Below, in pieces: positions 49,610 to 57,925 of a stretch of 64,000 bases of DNA. The position numbers and the translations under genes are program-made. The stretch comes from Thiotrichales bacterium (lineage in GTDB: Bacteria; Pseudomonadota; Gammaproteobacteria; Beggiatoales; Beggiatoaceae). Position 1 is the stretch's first letter. Every line of letters starts with the position of its first letter. The stretch covers positions 29,032-93,031 of the forward strand of contig JADGDE010000005.1 in the NCBI GenBank assembly GCA_016745035.1, given 5' to 3'. The notes under the pieces were generated by a model. That model saw nothing but the letters and a program-made list of their open reading frames with translations. It was not told the DNA's origin and ran no database searches.

Positions 49610-50725
49610 ATGTCGGTTGAAAAAATCATGGTCATTTTTGGTACGCGCCCTGAAGCGATTAAAATGGCTCCCATTATTCAAGGCTTGCGCAAGCGTTTAC
49701 CCCACGGCACACAAGTTTGTGCCACCGCCCAGCACCGACAAATGCAAGACCAAGCCTTGGCTGTGTTTGATATTACGCCCGATTTTGACCTTGATTTGAT
49801 GCGCCCAGGGCAATCCTTAAACGATGTCGTTAGCCGCGTCCTTAAAGAGCTTAGCCCGATTTTAGAGCGCGAACGCCCGGATTATATTTTGGTACAAGGC
49901 GACACCTCCACCGCCTTTGCCGCAGCCCTTGCCGCTTTTCATTTACAAATTAAAGTCGGGCATGTCGAAGCCGGGCTGCGCACAGGCGACCGCACCCAGC
50001 CCTATCCCGAAGAAATTAACCGTAAAATGCTCTCCTGCGTTGCCGATAGCCATTTTGCCCCGACCTCTTGGTCAAAACAAAACCTCATCGACGAGGGCTA
50101 TCCTGAAGACAGCATTCATATCACGGGTAACACGGTCATTGATGCCCTTTATCAAGTCTTAGAACAAACCGAGGCTGAGCCTGTGAGCGCCTTAGCGGAC
50201 TTGGACGATAAGGCGAATATTATCCTCATTACTGGGCACAGGCGGGAGAATTTTGGCGCAGGCTTTGAAAATATTTGTACCGCACTAAAAACTTTAGCAG
50301 AAAAATATCCTGATTATCATTTTGTCTATCCTGTCCACCTCAATCCCAATGTACAAAAACCGGTCTTGAGCTTACTCGGTGACATCCCCAATATTCATCT
50401 CATCGAGCCACAGCCTTATGTGCAGTTTGTCCACCTGATGCAACGCTCACGCTTTTTAATCTCCGACTCCGGCGGTATTCAAGAAGAAGCCACGGCACTG
50501 GGCAAACAGGTGTTGGTGATGCGCGCCGTGACCGAACGCCCCGAGGGCATTGATGCCGGCGTTTGCAAACTGGTCGGCACTGATAGCGAAAAAATTATTC
50601 AACAGGCATCGAGCCTTATTGACGACCCCGAACAACTTGCAGCCGCGGCTCACGTCAAACAATTGTTTGGCGATGGGCGCGCTGCTGAACATATTATTGA
50701 TGTATTGCTAAGCGCTGACGCTTAA
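49610..50725 (+). CDS. wecB: UDP-N-acetylglucosamine 2-epimerase (non-hydrolysing)
   Basis: IFGTRPEAIKMAPI N-terminus, HVEAGLRT motif, and full-length collinearity with WecB/MnaA. Confidence 0.9.
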   Translation: MSVEKIMVIFGTRPEAIKMAPIIQGLRKRLPHGTQVCATAQHRQMQDQALAVFDITPDFDLDLMRPGQSLNDVVSRVLKELSPILERERPDYILVQGDTSTAFAAALAAFHLQIKVGHVEAGLRTGDRTQPYPEEINRKMLSCVADSHFAPTSWSKQNLIDEGYPEDSIHITGNTVIDALYQVLEQTEAEPVSALADLDDKANIILITGHRRENFGAGFENICTALKTLAEKYPDYHFVYPVHLNPNVQKPVLSLLGDIPNIHLIEPQPYVQFVHLMQRSRFLISDSGGIQEEATALGKQVLVMRAVTERPEGIDAGVCKLVGTDSEKIIQQASSLIDDPEQLAAAAHVKQLFGDGRAAEHIIDVLLSADA

Positions 50726-50740
50726 ACGAGACTGCTTTTT

Positions 50741-51886
50741 ATGCCAGATACTTTACCCACCGATTCCGTTGGCCTCGTTACCGAACAACAACACCACTTT
50801 GACGAGCCATTAACCCTCGCTTGCGGGCGCACCCTGCCTGAATATGACCTCACCTATGAGACCTATGGCAAACTTAACAGCAATGCCAGCAATGCCCTGC
50901 TGATTTGCCATGCCTTAAGTGGCGATCATCATGCCGCTGGCTACCATGACATGGCGGATAAAAAACCGGGGTGGTGGGAAACCAGTATCGGCCCTGGCAA
51001 ACCCTTTGATACCAACCGTTTTTTTATTGTCTGCCCCAATAATCTCGGTGGTTGTAAAGGCAGCAGTGGCCCGACTACCATCAACCCCGAAACCGGAAAA
51101 ACCTATGGTGCGGACTTCCCGATTGTCACCGTGCCCGATTGGGTCGAGTCACAACGGCGCTTAGGCAAAGCCCTTGGCATCGAGACATGGGCGGCAGTCG
51201 TTGGCGGCAGCCTTGGCGGGATGCAAGCCTTACAATGGGCGATTCAATACCCCGACGAGCTGCGTTATAGCGTTATTATTGCCGCAGCGCCCAAACTCAG
51301 CGCCCAAAACATCGCCTTTAATGAAGTGGCGCGGCAAGCAATTCTCACCGACCCCGATTTTCACGAAGGGCATTATTTAGCCCACGACACCGTGCCCAAA
51401 CGTGGCTTGATGCTGGCGCGGATGCTCGGACACATCACCTATCTGTCCGATGATGCCATGCACGTCAAATTCGGGCGCGAATTGCGCGAGGGCGAGCTGA
51501 ATTATCAGCAAGTCGATCAAGTCAACTTCCAAGTCGAAAGCTATTTACGCTATCAAGGCAAAAACTTCGTCCATCGCTTCGATGCCAACACCTATGTGCT
51601 GATGACCAAGGCACTGGACTTTTTTGACCCCGCCAAAGACTACGATGACAATCTAGCCAAAGCCCTTGCGCCGATTAAAGCCAAATGCTTACTCATGTCC
51701 TTTACCAGTGATTGGCGCTTTTCTCCCGCACGCTCAAAAGAAATCGTCAAAGCCATGCTACACCATGACCGCGATGTCAGCTATGTCGAAATCGACGCAC
51801 CCCACGGGCACGATGCCTTTTTGATGCCGATTCCGCAATATACGACCACGCTCAAAGCTTATATGGACAGGATTGAAACGGACTAA
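50741..51886 (+). CDS. metX: Homoserine O-acyltransferase MetX
   Basis: alpha/beta-hydrolase nucleophile elbow [13 protein letters not shown] and a conserved C-terminal His. Followed by metW. Confidence 0.9.
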   Translation: MPDTLPTDSVGLVTEQQHHFDEPLTLACGRTLPEYDLTYETYGKLNSNASNALLICHALSGDHHAAGYHDMADKKPGWWETSIGPGKPFDTNRFFIVCPNNLGGCKGSSGPTTINPETGKTYGADFPIVTVPDWVESQRRLGKALGIETWAAVVGGSLGGMQALQWAIQYPDELRYSVIIAAAPKLSAQNIAFNEVARQAILTDPDFHEGHYLAHDTVPKRGLMLARMLGHITYLSDDAMHVKFGRELREGELNYQQVDQVNFQVESYLRYQGKNFVHRFDANTYVLMTKALDFFDPAKDYDDNLAKALAPIKAKCLLMSFTSDWRFSPARSKEIVKAMLHHDRDVSYVEIDAPHGHDAFLMPIPQYTTTLKAYMDRIETD

Positions 51887-51889
51887 GCC

Positions 51890-52531
51890 ATGACCTATTA
51901 TCAACATGCTGCGCGGCAGCCGCATATTTTACGGACGGATTTAGCCCTGTTAAGCGAATGGATCAAGCCCGGTTCTTCGGTACTAGATTTGGGCTGTGGT
52001 GATGGTTTACTATTGGCGCACTTACAACGCACCCGCCAAGTCAAAGGCTATGGGGTTGAAATTGACGACCAACATATCGCCACCTGTTTGGAGCAAGGCA
52101 TTAATGTCCTGCAAGTGGACTTAAACGATGGACTGAGTGATTTTTTTGAAGAAAACCGCTTTGATTATGTGATCATGAGCCAAGCCCTACAAGCTATCCA
52201 TCGCCCTGATTTACTCCTAGAAGACATGCTCCATATCGGACGCGAGGGCATTGTTAGCTTTCCCAACTTTGGGCACTGGATTTCGCGGATACAATTGTTT
52301 TTCGCCGGGCACATGCCGCACACCCGCGCCCTACCGCACAACTGGTACAACAGCCCCAATATTCACTTATGCACCCTCAAAGACTTTGAAAACCTCTGCT
52401 CAGGCCTCGGCATTGAAGTATTGCAAAGTATTGCCTTAGACCCACAACACCAAAGCACCGCAGGAATGCGCTGGCTGCCGAATTTGTTTGGCGAAGTGGC
52501 GGTGTATCACTTTAAGCGTAAGTATGGCTAA
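51890..52531 (+). CDS. metW: Methionine biosynthesis protein MetW
   Basis: SAM-methyltransferase-like VLDLGCGDGLLL motif. 213 aa, immediately downstream of metX. Confidence 0.85.
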   Translation: MTYYQHAARQPHILRTDLALLSEWIKPGSSVLDLGCGDGLLLAHLQRTRQVKGYGVEIDDQHIATCLEQGINVLQVDLNDGLSDFFEENRFDYVIMSQALQAIHRPDLLLEDMLHIGREGIVSFPNFGHWISRIQLFFAGHMPHTRALPHNWYNSPNIHLCTLKDFENLCSGLGIEVLQSIALDPQHQSTAGMRWLPNLFGEVAVYHFKRKYG

Positions 52532-52890
52532 CTATTTTAAGCGCAAAAGGTGCGAGAAATGCTATTAGACACGGTTGAAAAAATTGTTTCATCCGCATTA
52601 TGACATTGGTTTGTAAGGCTCGATAGCAATTTGTTTTGGAGGCAATGGCTTATTGCCATTGGCGTATCGCTTTAGTCATTTATCCGCGTAAACATTGCGG
52701 GATGTTCATTAGGTCTTGTTTTATTAATTTTGTCGATGCGTCATTGAATGAAACGGTGTATTGTTGGGGGAATTCATAAGGTGGGTTAGCCTTGTGCCAG
52801 CTACCATGTTGGAAACTTAGGAACATGCACAAAATAACTTTCACAACTTTTTCGGATATGCTTCCCCTTTTAAATTAAAAGCCCCAACGG

Positions 52891-52941
52891 GGCGTAATTA
52901 ATAAAGCCTAGGGCAACGCCCTAGGCTTTATTAATTACGCC
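52891..52941. repeat. Perfect 24-bp-stem palindrome with a 3-nt loop
   Basis: GGCGTAATTAATAAAGCCTAGGGC-AAC-GCCCTAGGCTTTATTAATTACGCC. It is preceded by a smaller GCCCC-AAC-GGGGC hairpin that overlaps it by 3 nt. There is no T-tract. Confidence 0.6.
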
Positions 52942-53119
52942 CTTTCAGGGCTATCGGCGTAGCAAAGGCAGTAGGCATTCCCAACGTAGACGTTGGAAAT
53001 GAAAATATTCCCCTTCTTTCAAAGGAGGGCAAAGGTAGTTGCATAAATTAATTCGTGCACGTTCCTTAAAGAGTTAAAGTTTTCTCAATGTTTATTGGTT
53101 TTGATTGGTATGTTGGGTT

Positions 53120-53253
53120 CTTGGTCATACAATTACCCACAAGTCACCACAATTCATATAAATCAATGAGTTATGAGAAATCGCATATTTTTATGTCAAT
53201 TTTTTAACTTATTGATTTTTCGTTACCGAAAAAGATGTGGGTAATTGTATGGT
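53120..53253. repeat. MITE-like element, family C: a 134-bp AT-rich unit with perfect 16-bp terminal inverted repeats
   Basis: GGTCATACAATTACCCACAA ... ATGTGGGTAATTGTATGG. A 20-bp match to the left terminus recurs as a solo copy at 23629-23648, upstream of the tandem-repeat protein gene. Confidence 0.5.
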
Positions 53254-53276
53254 TCTTGGTAGTCAGCTAAAGTAAA

Positions 53277-53316
53277 TAAAAAAGAAGCCTCGAAACCCCA
53301 CAAATGTTGGGTTTCG
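53277..53316 (-). terminator. Rho-independent terminator of the secreted-protein gene 53387-54277
   Basis: On the minus strand: CGAAACCC-loop-GGGTTTCG followed by AGGCTTCTTTTTT. Confidence 0.55.
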
Positions 53317-53386
53317 CAAGCTCAACACCAACCTACAAATTTAACCCAACTTACGAGTTTTGCGAAGCCCAGCATTTTTATTGCAA

Positions 53387-54277
53387 TTATTGAATCACGC
53401 CGTAATTAGACAGTCGCCACATTAAGGAATCGTCAGTTGAAGGGACTAACTGTAAATCTACCCACAAATTCATTGTGTCTAATAAAGTATGATAACTTGC
53501 ATTAGGAATATGAATATTTAAATTAGAACCAATAATTGCGGTTGTTGAACCAGTACTATTATTACCGTTAGTATTTACGTTTGTTGGTGTGCTGCTATTG
53601 ATAGAGCAAGCAGTAGTAACATTACCGCCTGCTTTTATTTCATAAATAGCAGTCTTAATAGAACCGTTAGAATGAAGAGGATCAATGCTATTCACTTTTA
53701 ATTGGGTAAACACTAAGTTAGGGTCGCTCAAAGTGGCTTTTTGTGAAAAAACATCATTAATATACACTTTAGCTTCGCCGTCGGTTAATACCAATCTAAC
53801 TTTATTGTATCCGTTTTCCCAAGCGCCACTGGCATCGTCAGTGCTTGCAGTTAAAGCATTTCCGCTTAATTGATTGTAAGAACGACCCATTGGATTTAAT
53901 TTCAGCTTAATTTGATATTCATCAGCAAGTAAAAATAACTTTAAATCGTAAGAAATGCTAGCAAGATAAAATCTCATATTCACTTCCGATTCCATTGGTA
54001 GATTCACTGTTGCTAATAACTGCCCGTCTGAGTTATTACCAGTTAAGTACTTCTCACCTGATGATGCGTCCAATTTGACAATTACTCGGTCGCCAAGTGA
54101 CGTATCGTTTTCATTTTTATTTGCTAAATTAAGTAGGTTAATTTCTGTCGCATGTACACCATGTGCTATTAATAAACCTGCTAAAACCCAAAGATATTTA
54201 AAATCATTTGCTGAAATTTTCATATTATGTTGCCTCTTAAAGATACTTAATAATTTATAAGGTGTATTAAGCGCCAC
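53387..54277 (-). CDS. Secreted hypothetical protein in an AT-rich islet; possibly ConA/LamG-like beta-sandwich
   Basis: Signal peptide (MKISANDFKYLWVLAGLLIAHGVHA). N/S/T-rich and beta-rich. Local GC is clearly below the window average. Confidence 0.5.
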   Translation of the reverse strand: MALNTPYKLLSIFKRQHNMKISANDFKYLWVLAGLLIAHGVHATEINLLNLANKNENDTSLGDRVIVKLDASSGEKYLTGNNSDGQLLATVNLPMESEVNMRFYLASISYDLKLFLLADEYQIKLKLNPMGRSYNQLSGNALTASTDDASGAWENGYNKVRLVLTDGEAKVYINDVFSQKATLSDPNLVFTQLKVNSIDPLHSNGSIKTAIYEIKAGGNVTTACSINSSTPTNVNTNGNNSTGSTTAIIGSNLNIHIPNASYHTLLDTMNLWVDLQLVPSTDDSLMWRLSNYGVIQ

Positions 54278-54574
54278 ACCATAAACGAAACTAAAAACCT
54301 AAGCATACCCCTGAACTTAATTGGCTTTGGTTTGGCGGGTGAAGCGATGCTTACCCGCCTTACGAGTTGAAAGCAAGTAGCAAGTAGGGTGCGTTAGTGA
54401 AACGTAACGCACCAATAGAACCCATGAAGCCTATTATTAAAACAACACTACTCGAAGCAAAGTTTTTATAACATTCCTTGGTGTTCAAGCGGTGCGTTAC
54501 GCTGCGCTAACGCACCCTACCACATAATACAAAATCACTTTACCGAAAATAAATTGCAGACACCCATCTAAATA

Positions 54575-54661
54575 ACTGATGTTACGTACTAAGCTGGTTT
54601 TTATCACAATAGTGTAATTTTCCACCTGCCTAGTGAAGTTTAGCCTTTGCGTAACATCAGT
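54575..54661. repeat. MITE-like element, family A, inverted short copy with an internal deletion
   Basis: ACTGATGTTACGTACTAAGCTGGTTTTT...CCACCTGCCTAGTGAAGTTTAGCCTTTGCGTAACATCAGT is the reverse complement of the family A consensus and lacks the CCTTAAAGG hairpin. Confidence 0.5.
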
Positions 54662-55472
54662 AAATAATATATTTGATGGCTATCCTTAACTTTTCTTTTT
54701 TCATTAGAGGTGGTTATTTGGGCTGGAAGGTAACATACGTTTGTTATGCTTTGATTATGTATCAACAATAGTCTCATTTTGTCCTAAGTAAACATTGATG
54801 ACAAGCTTTTTGCAGCTTGTTTGATGCTATTTTTTTCATAGCGCTAATGCTACATAAAAACCGATGTAGAGTAGCTATGAAATAAACTGGAATAAGATTT
54901 GCCGTGCTAAGTCAAGCTTGTTATAGTGGCAAGCTTGATACTGTCGGCTTTAAGGGACTTTGATATAGCAAAGTTTCAGGCTTTGACAGTTGAACGGTTT
55001 CAAATGTTTGATGATTGCGTCACCGCAAAATGTAAGTTTGCCAATAACGCCAATATCATTTTGATAAAACCCAAATTGATGTTGTCAATCTCAAACCATT
55101 TGAATTGAACAGCCCAAGTTCTGCTGCGACCGATAAGGACAGCTTATCGGTGCGGTTTTATTGCGATAGAACTTGGTTAACGTCAAGCGTATACGATGCA
55201 GGCAAAGCCGCATCCGCGCTAAGCGTTGCAGACGGACAGGCATACTTTTCAGTCCGATAAGCTTATCAACTGGATCATCAACAAGGATAAATCCAGTAAA
55301 GACACGGCGTTGATCAAGCACGTTAGGCCACTGCTATAACAGCAGTTTTAAGTAAAACAATGCCAACGCATGACTTGATTAAACCGTCTTTTTTGAATCA
55401 AAGCCACCTGAAAAATACAAGAACAGCCTTGTACTATACCTCCGCCCTGTCTGCTGCCCAGCAGGAATAACC

Positions 55473-57356
55473 ATGAAAAGAATACTTATTAATGCCACAC
55501 AAGCTGAGGAGCTACGTGTTGCTACCGTTGAGGGTCAACGACTTTATAATTTAGATATTGAAACGGGGGCGCGTCGGCAAACCAAGGCCAATATCTATAA
55601 GGGTCGGATTACCCGCATCGAGCCAAGCCTCGAGGCGGCCTTTGTTGATTATGGCGCTGAGCGCCACGGCTTTTTGCCCCTGAAAGATGTCGCCCCCGAT
55701 TGTTATTGCGAAAATGCGCAAAAAAACTGGGAAGCGGCTCAAGCCGATGGCGAGGGTAAAAAAGGCAAGCCGGGGATTAAAGATTTATTGTGCGAAGGGC
55801 AAGAACTCATTGTCCAAGTCGATAAAGAAGAGCGCGGCAACAAAGGCGCAGCTTTAACCACCTATGTCAGTTTGGCTGGGCGCTATTTGGTCTTGATGCC
55901 CAATAACCCACGCACCGGTGGCGTATCACGTCGCATCGAAGGTGAAGAGCGCGCTATTGCCCGTCAGTCTTTGTCTGAGTTGGAACTCCCTGAGGATATG
56001 GGGGTAATTTTGCGCACCGCAGGCGTGGGTAAAAGCGGCGAAGAACTGAACTGGGATTTGGAATATTTGCTGCGTTTGTGGCATTCGATTAAAAATTCTG
56101 CTGATGACCGAGCCGCTTCTTTTTTAATTTATCAAGAAAGCAATGTCATTATCCGCGCCATTCGCGATTATTTGCGCGATGATGTCGATGAAATTTTGAT
56201 TGATGACCCCCGTTGCCATCAGCAGGTCAATACTTTCATTCAGCATGTGATGCCGAATTATTTAGAGCGGCTCAAGCGTTATGAAGATACCGTGCCTTTG
56301 TTTACCCGTTATCAAATCGAGAGCCAAATCGAAACTGCCTTCGATCGTGAGGTGTCTTTGCCCTCTGGTGGCGCGATTGTCATTGATCCCACTGAGGCTT
56401 TATTGTCTATCGACATTAACTCCGCACGGGCAACTAAAGGCAATGATATTGAAGAAACGGCCCTTAATACCAATTTAGAAGCCGCTGAGGAAATTGCCCG
56501 ACAATTGCGTTTGCGTGATTTGGGCGGCTTAATTGTGGTCGATTTTATCGACATGATGCAAAGCCGTAACCGCCAAGCAGTTGAACAGCAAATTCGCGAA
56601 CACTTAAAACTGGATCGGGCGCGGGTACAAGTTGGGCGGATTTCCCGGTTTGGGTTGTTGGAAATGTCACGCCAACGCTTGCGTCCCTCTTTGGAAGAAG
56701 CGAGTCAAATCCCTTGCCCCCGTTGCCAAGGTCAAGGTTCAGTACGTAATGTTAAATCACTGGCGTTGTCGATTTTGCGTCTGATCGAAGATGAGGCGAT
56801 GAAAGGTAAAACCGCACGGGTAGTGGTACAAGTGCCTGTGGATGTCGGTACATTTTTACTCAATGAAAAACGCCAAGCGATTTTTGATTTGGAACATCGG
56901 CAAAAAATCAATATTGTCTTGATTCCCAACCCGCACATGGAAACGCCCAATTATGAAATTGAGCGGGTGCGTTGGTCAGATCAGCCCAAAGAGAAACAAG
57001 CCAGTTTTGAAAAAATCCAAGAGCCTGAAGAGGAAAAAGGGCAATATCAGCAACTGCACCCAACACCATTAGAAGAGCCAGCAGTCAAGGGGATTATTCC
57101 TAAAGAATCGCCCGTTAGCAATGACAACAAAGGCTTGTGGCAGCGTGTTTGCCAATGGTTTAGCCCCTCAGGTACGGAAGCTAAAAAAGCATCCTCCTCT
57201 AAAGGTAAAAAAAGCGGTCACAGTCATACTAATAAACGCAATCAAGGTCGGCGTTACAATAAGTCAAAGAATGACCAGAATAAAAAGGGTAATAATTTAA
57301 GACGGCGGCGTAATAACAACAACCGCCCACCTCAAACCAACAAGCAATCAAGCTAA
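55473..57356 (+). CDS. rne: Ribonuclease E (catalytic N-terminal domain with a short basic C-terminal tail)
   Basis: [30 protein letters not shown] ... collinear with the E. coli RNase E S1, DNase I-like and Zn-link (CPRCQGQG) regions. Only about 110 aa of R/K/N-rich tail follow, giving 627 aa total. Confidence 0.85.
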   Translation: MKRILINATQAEELRVATVEGQRLYNLDIETGARRQTKANIYKGRITRIEPSLEAAFVDYGAERHGFLPLKDVAPDCYCENAQKNWEAAQADGEGKKGKPGIKDLLCEGQELIVQVDKEERGNKGAALTTYVSLAGRYLVLMPNNPRTGGVSRRIEGEERAIARQSLSELELPEDMGVILRTAGVGKSGEELNWDLEYLLRLWHSIKNSADDRAASFLIYQESNVIIRAIRDYLRDDVDEILIDDPRCHQQVNTFIQHVMPNYLERLKRYEDTVPLFTRYQIESQIETAFDREVSLPSGGAIVIDPTEALLSIDINSARATKGNDIEETALNTNLEAAEEIARQLRLRDLGGLIVVDFIDMMQSRNRQAVEQQIREHLKLDRARVQVGRISRFGLLEMSRQRLRPSLEEASQIPCPRCQGQGSVRNVKSLALSILRLIEDEAMKGKTARVVVQVPVDVGTFLLNEKRQAIFDLEHRQKINIVLIPNPHMETPNYEIERVRWSDQPKEKQASFEKIQEPEEEKGQYQQLHPTPLEEPAVKGIIPKESPVSNDNKGLWQRVCQWFSPSGTEAKKASSSKGKKSGHSHTNKRNQGRRYNKSKNDQNKKGNNLRRRRNNNNRPPQTNKQSS

Positions 57357-57433
57357 AACCCTGCCTCGCAGTTTTGTATTAGCAAAACTGCGGATGCGCA
57401 TTTTCTGTAACTGGGTTAGAATTGATTTCAATA

Positions 57434-57564
57434 GCTGATGTTACGCAAAGGCTTCTCTATGCCCCAAAAGGCAAAAAAACCGCCATTGCTCCACGGCTAA
57501 ATACCACTAGGCAGGTGGAAAATCATTATATTGTGACAAAAACTGGCTTAGTGCATAACATCAG
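57434..57564. repeat. MITE-like element, family A, full-length copy
   Basis: AGCTGATGTTACGCAAAGGCTTCTCTATGCCCCAAAAGGCAAAAAAACCGCCATTGCT...GGCTTAGTGCATAACATCAGT. Lies 35 bp upstream of the STAS gene. Confidence 0.55.
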
Positions 57565-57598
57565 TCAATAGGTCAGACGAGTACAGCACAGGCGCATC

Positions 57599-57925
57599 AT
57601 GCAAATACACCCCGACGAGCAACAAGCAAACAGCTATCATCTTAGCGGTGAATTGTGTTTTAACCATATCAGTGAGAGTAAAAAACAACTGCTCGCACTA
57701 CTAGAAAATAGTGCTGAATATCTGCATTTACATCTGGCTGAAATCACAGACATTGATGGTGCTGGGCTACAAATCTTAATTTTATTAAAAAATAGCGCTG
57801 CAACGGATAACAAGCGCCTAACCCTCAGCAACGATAACCCCATCTTTTTAGCTATCTTAGAAGCTTGCCAATTACAAACCTTTTTTGCTGACAGCTTGGT
57901 GAGTACCCCGGAGGCTAGCGCATGA
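57599..57925 (+). CDS. STAS-domain protein (anti-sigma-factor-antagonist-like)
   Basis: 108 aa, SpoIIAA-like (LSGELCFNHI...DIDGAGLQILILL). The TGA/ATG start overlaps the downstream cheA-like gene. Confidence 0.6.
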   Translation: MQIHPDEQQANSYHLSGELCFNHISESKKQLLALLENSAEYLHLHLAEITDIDGAGLQILILLKNSAATDNKRLTLSNDNPIFLAILEACQLQTFFADSLVSTPEASA

